From assembly GCA_937897575.1 (NCBI GenBank), contig CALCQG010000093.1, positions 1 to 32,680 on the forward strand: a stretch of DNA of 32,680 nt, in the 5' to 3' direction. Shown piece by piece: positions 1-9,443 of the stretch; positions within the stretch are counted from its first letter, which is position 1; the number at the start of each line of letters is the position of its first letter. This stretch comes from an uncultured Synergistales bacterium (GTDB taxonomy: Bacteria; Synergistota; Synergistia; Synergistales; Aminobacteriaceae). Under the pieces are notes generated by a model. That model had not been told where the DNA came from and made no database searches. It was given only the letters and a program-made list of their open reading frames with translations. The position numbers and the translations under genes are program-made.

Positions 1-2291
1 TCCTCCGTGGCAGCACGGCCTACCGTGGCAAAGGTCGGGTCCGTCAGGGTCTTGTTGGACAGCCCCGTGACGGTCCCCGTGGCCCCGCTTATGGTGACCG
101 CATTGGTCCCGCTGGTGACATAGGTGGGGGCGGTAACGGTCCCGGTAAAGACGGGAGCGTCGGCCATCTGGAGGAGGATGGCTCCGTTGGTGGGGTCCGT
201 CACGGTCTTGATGTTTGCCCCGCTGTAGGTTCCTGTCGTGGTGGCTCCGCCCGTGATGGCGAGGGTGGTGCCGAGATCCCTGTGGACCACGCCCGCCGTG
301 GCGTCGTTGGCCGTGAAGTCAAGGCCCGAGGTACCGACGGAACTTGTCACCATCTTGAGCTGAGCCACGTTCACGGCGTCGGTATCCTCGGTACCCGCAG
401 CGAGGCCGGTGATCTGCCTCGTCTGCTCGAAGGCGCCCCCGGCCGTGGTGTCCGCGCCGATGGAGACAGCGGTACGGGTGCTCTTCCAGGTGGGTGTCGT
501 CTCTGTGGATGTGGTTCCCGTGATGGGGTCGTAGCCGGCAAAGCCGCTGCCAATGGAGGCCATGGACCCCTCGCCCAGCGCCACACCACTTGCCACTGTG
601 ACGCCCGACGCGCTGCCCAGGGCCACGGCCCCCGAGACATCGGTTTCGCCGCTGAAAGTGGCCGTCCTAGTCGCATAATCCGCTGTAGCGCCTGTGGCCC
701 CGATCTTCACCGCGTTGCCCAGGATGAAGACGTTGCGGGACGTGGAACCCACGATGTTGCTGTTCCCCATGACGTAGCTGGCGTTGCCCCCCACGTAGTT
801 CGGGTTGGTATAGGCACCGGCCTGTGTGATGCTTTGCGGGCCGCCGAAGGCACCGGATATGGCCCCGGTGACCACGTTCCTCGCGCCGATGGCCAGGGAG
901 GCCGGGCCTGTCGTAAAGGACTGCGGTCCGATGACGACGCCGTCGTGGGCGGCTGCCACGGCGTAGTCCCCCACCGCGACGGTCCTGTAGATCGTCAATC
1001 CTGATGCGGCGGAAGCAGTCTCCCCCCCTGCCTGCATTCCGATGGCGACGTTGCCGCTGCCCGTAATTCGCGACCCTGCGTTCAGTCCAGTCGCTACGTT
1101 ATAATTGCCTCCAACGGAAACACCGGCTCCCATGCCTGTGGCGATGTTGGCTAATCCACTGGCATTTTGCCCCGCCTGATTCCCGATGGCGACGTTCATC
1201 GTGCCCGCGGAACCCGTCCCGGCGGAGTAGCCGATAATCACACTTGCTGTCGCCGTTGAGGAGGTGCCCGCATCGTAGCCGATGGCTACAGTCTTATTGC
1301 CCGCGGCACGGGCCAGCAGCCCGATGGCTATGGCATCCGTCCCGGTTGCGCCGTCGTTGGCGTAGTTGCTCCCCGTTCCCGTGGCGGTGCTCTTCACGCT
1401 AAAGTAGTGAACAGCACCGGCTTCTGCAGTGATGGAGACGGCCTTGAGCTGGGCCACGTTCACGGCGTCGGTGTCTTGAGTTCCCGCGGCGAGGCCGGTG
1501 ATCTGCCTCGTCTGCTCGAAGGCCCCCCCGGCCGTGGTGTCCGCGCCGATGGAGACAGCGCTGCGGGTGCTCTTCCATGTTGGGGTGACGCTTGTCGAAG
1601 GCACCTTTGTGACCGGGTCGTACCCGGCAATGCCGCTGCCGATGGAGGCCATGGACCCCTCGCCTAATGCAACGCCGCTTTGCACCGTGACGCCCGACGC
1701 GTTGCCCAGGGCCACGGCGCCCGAGACGCTGGTTGTGTCAACCCCGGTGGAAGTGGCCCCGAGATATACATTGTTTCCCAAGGCGAAGGCGTTGTTGGTG
1801 GTGGACCCTATGGTGTTGTTGTTTCCCACGCTGTAGCTGTCGGTGCCGTTGATGATGGAGGGGTCGCCGATGGCGCCGGACCGCGCCCCCGTCACCACGT
1901 TCCCCGTGCCGATGGCGATGGAGCTCGTCCCAGTGACGGTGTTGTCCACTCCGACAGCTAGGCTGTTCAATCCTGTTGCCACGTTGTTCGCCCCGATGTG
2001 AAAGCTGTAGTTCGCGGGTGCAGCTCCGGTGTAGAAATCGACATCGCTGAAGACAATGGTGATGTCCCAGATATCGACTGCTGGCTGCGTCGTGTCCGGC
2101 AATCCCGTAGCCGTGTCGACGGGGTACCAGTTGCCGTCCGTATGCCGTTCCACCCTTGCGTCGTTCAGGGTGTTGACGTAAATAGCGTAGTCGGCCCCCG
2201 CGGCGGGGACAACGGAGCCTCCCATCAAAGCCGCGATGAGGATGAGGGCGAAGAGTCTGTGCAGTGCTCGCGAAAATTTCCGTGCGTTCAT
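1..2291 (-). CDS. YadA-like trimeric autotransporter adhesin, N-terminal part (continues beyond the left edge of the window)
   Basis: Manual translation of the minus strand: ATG at 2291 after SD AAGGAGG (2304-2310), signal-peptide-like MNARKFSRALHRLFALILIAALMGGSVVPAAGA, many YadA-head repeats (SIAIG, AVALG, NVAIG), two neck motifs RQITGLAAGT(Q/E)DTDAVNVAQLK and stalk motif GLSNKTLTDPTFATVGRAATE. No stop before position 1. Confidence 0.92.
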   Translation of the reverse strand, partial: MNARKFSRALHRLFALILIAALMGGSVVPAAGADYAIYVNTLNDARVERHTDGNWYPVDTATGLPDTTQPAVDIWDITIVFSDVDFYTGAAPANYSFHIGANNVATGLNSLAVGVDNTVTGTSSIAIGTGNVVTGARSGAIGDPSIINGTDSYSVGNNNTIGSTTNNAFALGNNVYLGATSTGVDTTSVSGAVALGNASGVTVQSGVALGEGSMASIGSGIAGYDPVTKVPSTSVTPTWKSTRSAVSIGADTTAGGAFEQTRQITGLAAGTQDTDAVNVAQLKAVSITAEAGAVHYFSVKSTATGTGSNYANDGATGTDAIAIGLLARAAGNKTVAIGYDAGTSSTATASVIIGYSAGTGSAGTMNVAIGNQAGQNASGLANIATGMGAGVSVGGNYNVATGLNAGSRITGSGNVAIGMQAGGETASAASGLTIYRTVAVGDYAVAAAHDGVVIGPQSFTTGPASLAIGARNVVTGAISGAFGGPQSITQAGAYTNPNYVGGNASYVMGNSNIVGSTSRNVFILGNAVKIGATGATADYATRTATFSGETDVSGAVALGSASGVTVASGVALGEGSMASIGSGFAGYDPITGTTSTETTPTWKSTRTAVSIGADTTAGGAFEQTRQITGLAAGTEDTDAVNVAQLKMVTSSVGTSGLDFTANDATAGVVHRDLGTTLAITGGATTTGTYSGANIKTVTDPTNGAILLQMADAPVFTGTVTAPTYVTSGTNAVTISGATGTVTGLSNKTLTDPTFATVGRAATE
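354..638 (-). repeat. Intragenic repeat copy 2 (head-neck module) of the adhesin
   Basis: Near-identical to 1443-1727 at an offset of 1089 nt (363 codons); both encode VSGAVALG...WKSTR.AVSIGADTTAGGAFEQTRQITGLAAGT.DTDAVNVAQLK. Confidence 0.9.
1443..1727 (-). repeat. Intragenic repeat copy 1 (head-neck module) of the adhesin
   Basis: Shares long exact stretches such as gaggccggtgatctgcctcgtctgctcgaagg and ccggccgtggtgtccgcgccgatggagacagcg with 354-638. Confidence 0.9.
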
Positions 2292-2462
2292 CGAATCGTG
2301 TGACCTCCTTTATGAGGACTCGGTGGTTCCTGGGATGGACGCTTTTCGTAATGGACGGGCCTGTCACCTCACTGTCTCGATCGCCTGCACGCACAACAGC
2401 GAAAGTGAATCGCTCGCACATGCTCTTTTCTCAAATACAGAAGACGTTCAATTGCAATGGGC

Positions 2463-2485
2463 TGTATACCTAGATACGGTATACA
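2463..2485. promoter_or_regulatory. Perfect inverted repeat TGTATACC-N7-GGTATACA, candidate operator upstream of the adhesin
   Basis: Seen directly in the AT-rich divergent intergenic region; regulatory function is inferred. Confidence 0.45.
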
Positions 2486-2737
2486 AGTGCATTACGGCAA
2501 GTAAGAATGAGAATACCATAGTTTGAATCACATTGCATTATTTCGTCCCTTCTATTTATGGAATGTCATATATTCCATTGTAATTGGACTCGAGTGTGAC
2601 GAGAGGCTTCGTATGCTCCGTGACGTCCCGGGAAGCACACTCGGAACGAGCGAACTTTTCTATAGTCTCGCCTTCTGCGGCAGCGCTTATGAGTCCGATG
2701 GCAGAGAAGTGGAAGGTGGCGAACGGGCCGGAGGTTG

Positions 2738-2743
2738 TATAAT
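2738..2743 (+). promoter_or_regulatory. Putative sigma70 -10 box for mscL
   Basis: TATAAT about 40 nt upstream of the mscL ATG; SD GGGAGG precedes the ATG; no clear -35. Confidence 0.45.
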
Positions 2744-2782
2744 GACATCTGACTCAGAAAGATCAAAGGGAGGGTTTCGGAA

Positions 2783-3232
2783 ATGTTCAAGGAGTTCAGG
2801 GAGTTCGCGGTCAAGGGGAACGCGCTGGATATGGCCGTCGGCCTCATCATCGGCGCGGCGTTCGGTGCCATCGTCACGTCGCTGGTGAACGACGTGATCA
2901 TGCCGCCCATCGGGGCCATCCTCGGGGGCATGGACTTCAAGGATCTGTTTGTCGTGCTGAAGGAGGGGACCACCCCGGCGCCCTACGCCTCCCTTGCCTT
3001 GGCGAAAGAGGCCGGTGCAGTGACGCTGAACTACGGGGCTTTCGTCAACGCCGTGGTGAATTTCCTCATCGTCTCGTTCTCTATCTTCATGATGGTGCGC
3101 AGCATCAACAAGTTCCGCAAGCCCGCTCCGGCGGCTCCTGCGCCTGCCGTGAAGAAGTGCCCCTTCTGCCTGACGGAGGTCCCGGAGGCTGCGAAGCGGT
3201 GCCCGGCCTGCACGTCGAACCTGGAAGGGTAG
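2783..3232 (+). CDS. mscL: Large-conductance mechanosensitive channel with C-terminal CxxC-x10-CxxC zinc-ribbon extension
   Basis: [41 protein letters not shown] and [15 protein letters not shown] are MscL signatures; tail [22 protein letters not shown]. Confidence 0.97.
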   Translation: MFKEFREFAVKGNALDMAVGLIIGAAFGAIVTSLVNDVIMPPIGAILGGMDFKDLFVVLKEGTTPAPYASLALAKEAGAVTLNYGAFVNAVVNFLIVSFSIFMMVRSINKFRKPAPAAPAPAVKKCPFCLTEVPEAAKRCPACTSNLEG

Positions 3233-3280
3233 CGGCCTGGCCGGGAGCACAGACGCCGGAAAGGTGCCGTACTGGAAGTC

Positions 3281-3321
3281 ACCCCCGAGGTCGGTCGATG
3301 TCCGGCCCGGGGGTCTTTTCT
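3281..3321 (+). terminator. Rho-independent terminator after mscL
   Basis: ACCCCCG(A)GGTCGG-loop-CCGGCC-CGGGGGT hairpin followed by CTTTTCT. Confidence 0.7.
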
Positions 3322-3757
3322 ATGACGGAGTATGAGCGTTCCATCTTCACCCCGTCCGGCGTCTCTGCTTCCGATCTCAAGAGCGAAGCCGCGGAGGTTG
3401 CAGATGACCGCGGTGCGCAACCCGCGGGGGTGTACACGTTTCGGAGCGGATACTCTCCCCTGAGACGAGGTGTTGCAGGAAAGGACGGCCGGTGACCGGC
3501 GATTCTCCAGCGGAGAGAGTCTTCCTTTTTGTGTGGCGACTGGCTTGACGCTCCGGAAATGCCCGTCGGTCATACTCCTTGAGACAGGGTGAAAAGGGCG
3601 ACTCGCACTCTTCGCTCCCGCTCAACAGGTCACGGTCATCGTCCTGTTCGGCGGCTCGCTGCTGCCGCTCGCGGTCCATGGCACATTTGGCGTCCCTTCG
3701 CCGGGCGGTCGTGTGTCCTCTCGTTCTTCACGACGAAAGGTTGTACGTACGTCCTCG

Positions 3758-3766
3758 TGGTACACT
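3758..3766 (+). promoter_or_regulatory. Extended -10 promoter candidate (TGgTACACT)
   Basis: Matches TGnTAnnnT, about 65 nt upstream of the SD-preceded ATG at 3830. Confidence 0.4.
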
Positions 3767-3829
3767 TCTCGTAGAGCGTTCCCTCATGACCGGCCGCTAC
3801 TGATCGCAGGAAATCCTCCAGAGGGAGGC

Positions 3830-3937
3830 ATGGAAACGGTGCGTATTCCGCTGAAAGAGGACGATTTGCCAGGTGCCTCGCGCAGGTCTTCGAATCGGAG
3901 GTCTTCCGCCCTGATTCAGGGGCGTGCTCTGCGCTGA
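3830..3937 (+). other. 35-aa leader ORF or gene stub (METVRIPLKEDDLPG...), possibly the N-terminus of a TrpB2-like gene
   Basis: Strong SD GGGAGG directly before the ATG; stop TGA (3935-3937) lies 1 nt before the GT ATG (3939). TrpB2 resemblance is from memory of about 14 residues only. Confidence 0.4.
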
Positions 3938-3938
3938 T

Positions 3939-4952
3939 ATGTCCCTCTTTTTGACCGTAATCGTGCCCGCATACAACATAGAGGGATATATAGGAGCGTG
4001 CCTTGACTCCCTGGCAAGCCAGTGGAGCGATGACGTGGAAATTCTCGTGGTGGACGATGGTTCCACGGACAAGACGGCGGATATCGTCTCGTCTTTCGTG
4101 GCGCGGTGCCCCGGCATGAGGCTGATCCGCCAGGAGAACCGGGGGCTTTCAGGGGCGCGCAACAGGGGAATTGCGGCGGCTCGGGGAGAGTATATTCTCT
4201 TTGTGGATGGAGACGATCTGGTTGCCTCCGGTATGTTTGCTGCGCTTCGCGAGGCCTTGGCGGACGGGGTGGACGTGCTGCAGTTCGACTTTCTGCAATT
4301 TCGGGACGGAACGGTCTCCGAGGCTCCGTGCCCGCGCCCCTCTCGCTCCGTGGGGACCGGGCGCAGTTTTTTCAGTCGTCTTGTGCGGGAGAACGCATAC
4401 TGTGCCATGGTCTGGACCCGAGCCGTCCGGACGGATTTCCTGCGAACGAAGGAGCTCTGGTTCGCCGAGGGACTCTTGCATGAGGATGAGGAGTGGACGC
4501 CCAGAGTTTTCCTCCACGCCGAGCGGGTGCTGTACCTTCCTGGGACGCTCTATTACTATCGGGTCGATCGTCCGGATTCCATCATAACATCCTTCGGGGC
4601 CGGAGGGTTGCGCGAGGAGCGGTGCCGCTCGCTGCTCTCCATAGTGGATGGTCTCAGGGCGCTGGCGGAGGGCGTGGGGCGGGAGGACCCCTTCTTCGAG
4701 GCGGCCATGGCCGTGGCGTCCAGAATCTTGGTGAATCTGTGCTGCGCCGTCGGCGAGCGGGGCGACGGACCCCAGTGTCGTCGATACGGCGCGGCAATTG
4801 ACGAGCGGTGGGATGGTCTCCTCCCGTGGATTCGAACTCTGAAGAGGTGGCGGTTTCTCTGTCTGTTGAAGCCGTTCGTAGGGGTGAGAAATTTTCTGCG
4901 GATGTATCGCGTTCGCGCCCTATTGAGGTGCCTCGGAGGACTCGGGCGATGA
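3939..4952 (+). CDS. Glycosyltransferase family 2
   Basis: LTVIVPAYN, VVDDGSTD, NRGLSGARNRG, FVDGDD, HEDEEW motifs; ATG 3939 chosen as start. Confidence 0.93.
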   Translation: MSLFLTVIVPAYNIEGYIGACLDSLASQWSDDVEILVVDDGSTDKTADIVSSFVARCPGMRLIRQENRGLSGARNRGIAAARGEYILFVDGDDLVASGMFAALREALADGVDVLQFDFLQFRDGTVSEAPCPRPSRSVGTGRSFFSRLVRENAYCAMVWTRAVRTDFLRTKELWFAEGLLHEDEEWTPRVFLHAERVLYLPGTLYYYRVDRPDSIITSFGAGGLREERCRSLLSIVDGLRALAEGVGREDPFFEAAMAVASRILVNLCCAVGERGDGPQCRRYGAAIDERWDGLLPWIRTLKRWRFLCLLKPFVGVRNFLRMYRVRALLRCLGGLGR

Positions 4953-6028
4953 CGGCGGGAAACGAGATGCGGGTCTCGGTGGTGGTGCCGGCTTGGAATC
5001 GGAAGGACACCATTCGGCGCTGTCTGGACAGCCTCTTCGCCCAAGACTTCGAGGGGTTGGAGATCATCGTGGTGGACGACGGGTCCACAGATGGCACGGC
5101 GGACGCGGCTCTGGAGTACGAGGGACGACCCGGTTTCTCCCTTCTTCGGCGTCCGAGAGGCGGAGTGGCCGTTGCGCGCCGGGACGGTTTCAGGGCGTCG
5201 AGGGGCGAATGGATGCTCTTCGTCGACTCCGACGACTACGTCGCCCCGAACATGGTACGGACCTTGTACGAGGCAGCGCTTCGGGAGGAGGCCGACGCGG
5301 CGGTCTGCGGGTGGTGCAGGGACCGGAACGGTGTCGTCACGCCGTTGAAGGTCTACAAAGGGATTCCCCCAGAGAACGGTGCCGATGCGATGGCGCGGAT
5401 CGTCCTGAAGGAGGGGAGCCGCAGCGGTGCGCTCTGGAACAAACTCCTGCGCAGGAGTTTGTTCTGCGAGGAGGACTTCGACGCGACGGAGGGAATTTGC
5501 CACGTGGAGGACTATCTGCTCGTGGCGCTCGTCCTGCGGCGGGCTGAAAGGGTGGTCTACGTTCCGGACATTCTGTACTACTACGTGCACACCCCTGGGT
5601 CCGTCACCGCGACCCCTTCCTTCGAGGCGGCGCGGGATATCTTCAATGTGGCGCTGTTCATCCATGACCTCTGTCTCGCCTCCGGCGTGACGTCGTGGAG
5701 GGCCTTGGCGCCGTCTCTTCTAGCCTCCGAGGCCATATATCCCATGCGTCTGATGAACCGAAAAAAGTCCTCCGAGGCGAGGGAGGCGAAGCGGGCCATG
5801 GCCCGAAGAGTCGCCCGGATCCGAATGACCGAAGCGACGGACGTGAACGTCAGGGTGCAAATGGAGCTGCTGCTCCTCAAAGCGGGGCTGTTCCACCCTC
5901 TGTACACTCTGTGCGACGTGCTGGGGTTGCACGGTATCCTTCGCTTCATGAGACGGCTTACCGCTGTTTGTGCAGAATGGAAGACAAGGATCTCTCCCGG
6001 AGGGAAGAGGGACGGAACGATTTCATGA
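4949..6028 (+). CDS. Glycosyltransferase family 2
   Basis: VSVVVPAWN, VVDDGSTD, FVDSDD, LWNKL, VEDY motifs; ATGA overlap with the upstream GT stop. Confidence 0.93.
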   Translation: MTAGNEMRVSVVVPAWNRKDTIRRCLDSLFAQDFEGLEIIVVDDGSTDGTADAALEYEGRPGFSLLRRPRGGVAVARRDGFRASRGEWMLFVDSDDYVAPNMVRTLYEAALREEADAAVCGWCRDRNGVVTPLKVYKGIPPENGADAMARIVLKEGSRSGALWNKLLRRSLFCEEDFDATEGICHVEDYLLVALVLRRAERVVYVPDILYYYVHTPGSVTATPSFEAARDIFNVALFIHDLCLASGVTSWRALAPSLLASEAIYPMRLMNRKKSSEAREAKRAMARRVARIRMTEATDVNVRVQMELLLLKAGLFHPLYTLCDVLGLHGILRFMRRLTAVCAEWKTRISPGGKRDGTIS

Positions 6029-7542
6029 GCAGGACGAAGAACTCTGCGCTGAACGCCGCCGTGTCCGTTGTCACCCATGCGATCAGCCTCGTGACGGGCT
6101 TCATCTCGCGGAGCGTCTTCGTACGTACGCTCTCGGCCGAATATCTCGGGATCAACGGGCTCTTCTTCAACATTCTGAGCATGCTGTCCCTGGCGGAGCT
6201 CGGCATCGGCGCGGCGATCGCGTACAGTCTCTACCGACCCATCGCCCTGGGAGACACGAGGAGCGTCCGGATCCTCATGGCTTTCTACAGGAGGGCCTAC
6301 CTGTGGATCGGCGCCGTCGTCTTCCTGCTGGGGGCGGCCATGACCCCCTTCCTGAACCACCTCTTCAAGAGCGTGCCCGATATCCCGCATCTGCGGCTCT
6401 ATTTCTTTCTCTTCCTCCTGAACAGCACCGTATCCTACCTCTACGCCTACAAACGCTCCCTGATAATCGCCCATCAGAAGGAGTACATCGCGACGGCCTA
6501 TTATCAGTTTTTCTACGTGCTGCGGCAGGTCGCTCAGATCGTTCTGCTCCTGACCACGGGCCGCTTCCTGTTCTATCTGCTGGCTCAACTGGTCTGTACG
6601 CTCCTCGAGAATGTCCTGCTGTCCAGGAGGGCCGACCGCATGTATCCCTATCTCAAGGAGCCCTGCGGGGAGCGTCTCGACGCTGAAACCTTCGGCACGA
6701 TCCGGAAAAACACGGCGGCCATGCTCTTTCATAAAATTGGAGGCGTCATGGTGTTCGGCACAGACAGCATTCTGATCGCAAAACTGGCGGGGGTCGTCCA
6801 GGTGGGGCTGTATTCCAACTACTGCATGATCATTGACGCTCTCGCCACGATTTTTGGCCGACTGTTCTGGGCCACGACGGCCAGTGTGGGGAACGTGGGG
6901 GCCACGGAGCGGACGGAGAGAGCCCGATCGATCTTCGGCGCCGTCGACTTGGCGGCCTTCTGGGTCTACGGTTCGGTCTCGCTCTGCCTTCTCGTCCTCG
7001 TCAATCCCTTCATCACCCTGTGGCTCGGGCCGAAGTACCTGTTCCCCATGGGCGTCGTGCTGCCCTTGGCCCTCAACTTCTATCTGACGGGCATGCGCCA
7101 GAGCGTCCACGTATTCAAAAACGCCCTCGGACTCTTCTGGCAGGACAGGTACAAGCCGCTCTTCGAAGCGGCCGTCAACCTGGCGGCATCCATCGCCCTC
7201 TTCCGGGTCTTCGGCGTGGCGGGCGTCGTGCTCGGCACGACGGTCAGCACCGTTACAGTATGCGTGTGGGTTGAACCCTACGTCCTCTACCGGTTTGGCT
7301 TCGGCCATTCCGTTCGGGAGTACTTCGCCCGGTATGCGACCTACGGTGCCCTGCTGCTCGCCGCCGGGACCGCCGTGCGGTTCGTTGACGGACTGATCGT
7401 CGGACAGGGGCTAGGCATCCTCCTGCTCAGAGCACTCGCCTGCGTGGCCGTGACCAACGCGCTGTTTTTCGCGGCCCTGTTCAGAAGGAAGGAGTTCCGC
7501 TTCCTTCTCGAACATGGCCGGATGCTCTTCCACAAAGGGTGA
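6025..7542 (+). CDS. wzx: Wzx-type (MOP superfamily) oligosaccharide flippase
   Basis: About 505 aa, many TM segments, MSRTKNSALN...YLGINGLFFNILSMLSLAELGIG...YSLYRP motif, GLYSNY; ATGA overlap with the upstream GT. Confidence 0.88.
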   Translation: MSRTKNSALNAAVSVVTHAISLVTGFISRSVFVRTLSAEYLGINGLFFNILSMLSLAELGIGAAIAYSLYRPIALGDTRSVRILMAFYRRAYLWIGAVVFLLGAAMTPFLNHLFKSVPDIPHLRLYFFLFLLNSTVSYLYAYKRSLIIAHQKEYIATAYYQFFYVLRQVAQIVLLLTTGRFLFYLLAQLVCTLLENVLLSRRADRMYPYLKEPCGERLDAETFGTIRKNTAAMLFHKIGGVMVFGTDSILIAKLAGVVQVGLYSNYCMIIDALATIFGRLFWATTASVGNVGATERTERARSIFGAVDLAAFWVYGSVSLCLLVLVNPFITLWLGPKYLFPMGVVLPLALNFYLTGMRQSVHVFKNALGLFWQDRYKPLFEAAVNLAASIALFRVFGVAGVVLGTTVSTVTVCVWVEPYVLYRFGFGHSVREYFARYATYGALLLAAGTAVRFVDGLIVGQGLGILLLRALACVAVTNALFFAALFRRKEFRFLLEHGRMLFHKG

Positions 7543-7572
7543 TGCCCGCGCCTCGAAGGACAGCGGAGGGAC

Positions 7573-8319
7573 TTATTTCAGTCGGAGCAGTCTGACGGCG
7601 ATGTTCCAGAGGACGGAGCGAAGGCTCTTCGAGGTGGAGAGCCCCTCAATGTTTCTGAAGAGCTGCCACTGGTCTCGCAGGAGCCGGAGTTTGTCCCCCG
7701 ATATGGAGCCGGGGTGCTCCCTGTAGCATGCCAGAGGTTTCGGGATGCAGAGGGCGTAGGGGACGACGCGGAGCAGAGAGAGCCAGAGGCCGTAGTCGTG
7801 GGCTATCCGGAGATTTGGCATAAGGGCCTTGCCGAAGTATTGGGTATCGTACATGGCCGTGAGGCAGCCTATCCAGTTGCTTCTCAGCATGTCCTCGTAG
7901 GTCACTTTCGAAGGCCGGGTGGCGAGCCTCCTGTTTCCGCCCCGCTCGTCCATTTTTTCGAAGTAGGTGTAGGTGAAGGGACAGCCCGTGTCCTCCATGA
8001 AGGCGACCTGTCGTTCGAGCTTCCCGGGCATCCAGAGGTCGTCGCTGTCGAGGAAGGCCATGTACCGGCCCAATGCTGCCTCGATAGCGCGATTTCGCGC
8101 CGCCGCAGCCCCTTGGTTGCGCTCGAGGGCGAACACGCGGACGCGACGGTCCTCTGCTTCCATCGTCCGAGCCATGGCGATTGAGTTATCCCGGGAGCCA
8201 TCGTCGACGACGATCCACTCCCAGTGGGGGAGTGTCTGGGCACGGATGGAGTCGCAGGTCTCCTGAAAGTACTTCTCGCTGTTGTACAGTGGCGTGATGA
8301 TTGAGACCAGAGGCGGCAC
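7573..8319 (-). CDS. Glycosyltransferase family 2 (TuaG-like)
   Basis: LVSIITPLYN, VVDDGSRD, AFLDSDDLW..KLERQVAFM, HDYGLWL; GTG start at 8319 after SD GAGGAG (ORF open to 8385). Confidence 0.92.
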   Translation of the reverse strand: MPPLVSIITPLYNSEKYFQETCDSIRAQTLPHWEWIVVDDGSRDNSIAMARTMEAEDRRVRVFALERNQGAAAARNRAIEAALGRYMAFLDSDDLWMPGKLERQVAFMEDTGCPFTYTYFEKMDERGGNRRLATRPSKVTYEDMLRSNWIGCLTAMYDTQYFGKALMPNLRIAHDYGLWLSLLRVVPYALCIPKPLACYREHPGSISGDKLRLLRDQWQLFRNIEGLSTSKSLRSVLWNIAVRLLRLK

Positions 8320-8480
8320 CGTCGCACGCTCCTCACGTTGGTGGTCGGGACAAATACGGACAAGTATATCATGCCGCTTCCGCATGGCAGGAAGGGGTGG
8401 CGCGCAAACACCTTTCCCGTGCGATCAAGAAAGAAGTTCTTACAGGTAATCGAGGCCGTAGTGCGGGTGCATCGTCTTGG

Positions 8481-9443
8481 TCACCTCCCGGTGAGACGCC
8501 GTGCGAGTGCGCGAAGATGCTTGTAAAGGGGGAGACCGACGTAGAGGGCCAAAGCGAGGATTTTCCTGTGCGGTCGAATCCCGGGCGAGAGAAAATGTCT
8601 CGGAATCTCCGCCCGTATGTCCGCGGTCAGCCTAACCATGTCGGTATCCTTCCGAAGCCCCGAGAAGAGCATGCGGTCGAGCAGAGACATCTTCACGTTC
8701 GTCACGCGGGCCTCCGCGATCCCGGCAAGTTCGGGGGAGAGCTCCTTGACGAAGGCCACGGTCTCCGAGGCGGCCCACAGGGCGTCCAGGGCGCGGCGGT
8801 CATAGGGCCGCATCATGACGCTGTCCTCTCGCTGCACATAGTGATAAAGCGCCCGGTCCGTGTGCGTTACTTTTCGCGCTTTCGCCAACAGACGGGGCAT
8901 GATCCATTCGTCCTCGTGGACTCGCCCCTCCGGAAAAGAGAGGCCGGAGAAGAGCGATTGCCTGTAGACTTTGTTCCACGGCGCCGGATGTATTGTATGA
9001 ACGAGGAACCGGACGAGGGCCTCTCGACCGGATATGGTGCCATCGCCGCAGGAGTTGCGGTGAATGGTTCTCTCCCCCGGCAGATAGTGAATCAGCCCGC
9101 AGCAGACCATGTCCACGTCGTCCTCGGCCAGGGCGCGAAGTTCCTCGAACATTCGAGGCTCGACCCAGTCGTCGGAGTCCACGAACCCCACCCACTCCGT
9201 GTCCGCGACCGCCAGACCGGCGTTGCGCGCGGCTGCGGCCCCCCGGTTCTCCTGATGACGAGCGGTTACGTTGGAGTGCCGGGCGTATCGGTCGCAGATC
9301 TCGCCGCTTCCATCAGTGGAGCCATCGTCCACGAGAACGATGTTCACCGGAAGGGTCTGGGCCAGAAGGCTCTCGATGCAGCGTCCGAGCCAGGGGGCCG
9401 TGTTGTAGACGGGCACGACGACTGTGATATCCCGTGTTTTCAT
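8481..9443 (-). CDS. Glycosyltransferase family 2
   Basis: ITVVVPVYN, LVDDGSTDGSG, FVDSDDW, PWNKVY, FPEGRVHED; ATG 9443 after SD GGGAGAG. Confidence 0.93.
   Translation of the reverse strand: MKTRDITVVVPVYNTAPWLGRCIESLLAQTLPVNIVLVDDGSTDGSGEICDRYARHSNVTARHQENRGAAAARNAGLAVADTEWVGFVDSDDWVEPRMFEELRALAEDDVDMVCCGLIHYLPGERTIHRNSCGDGTISGREALVRFLVHTIHPAPWNKVYRQSLFSGLSFPEGRVHEDEWIMPRLLAKARKVTHTDRALYHYVQREDSVMMRPYDRRALDALWAASETVAFVKELSPELAGIAEARVTNVKMSLLDRMLFSGLRKDTDMVRLTADIRAEIPRHFLSPGIRPHRKILALALYVGLPLYKHLRALARRLTGR

Noticed and set aside
282..2526. Numerous + strand and alternate-frame ORFs over the adhesin
   Set aside because: Shadow ORFs of a GC-rich coding region; the real frame is the unlisted minus-strand adhesin.
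3322..3700. Small ORFs or ncRNA between mscL and the GT operon
   Set aside because: No recognisable protein motif, SD or RNA family; hairpins are unremarkable for GC-rich DNA.
3690..3829. T-box riboswitch ahead of the TrpB2-like stub
   Set aside because: CGTGGTACAC only partly resembles the T-box GGTGGNACCGCG; no terminator/antiterminator or stem I seen.
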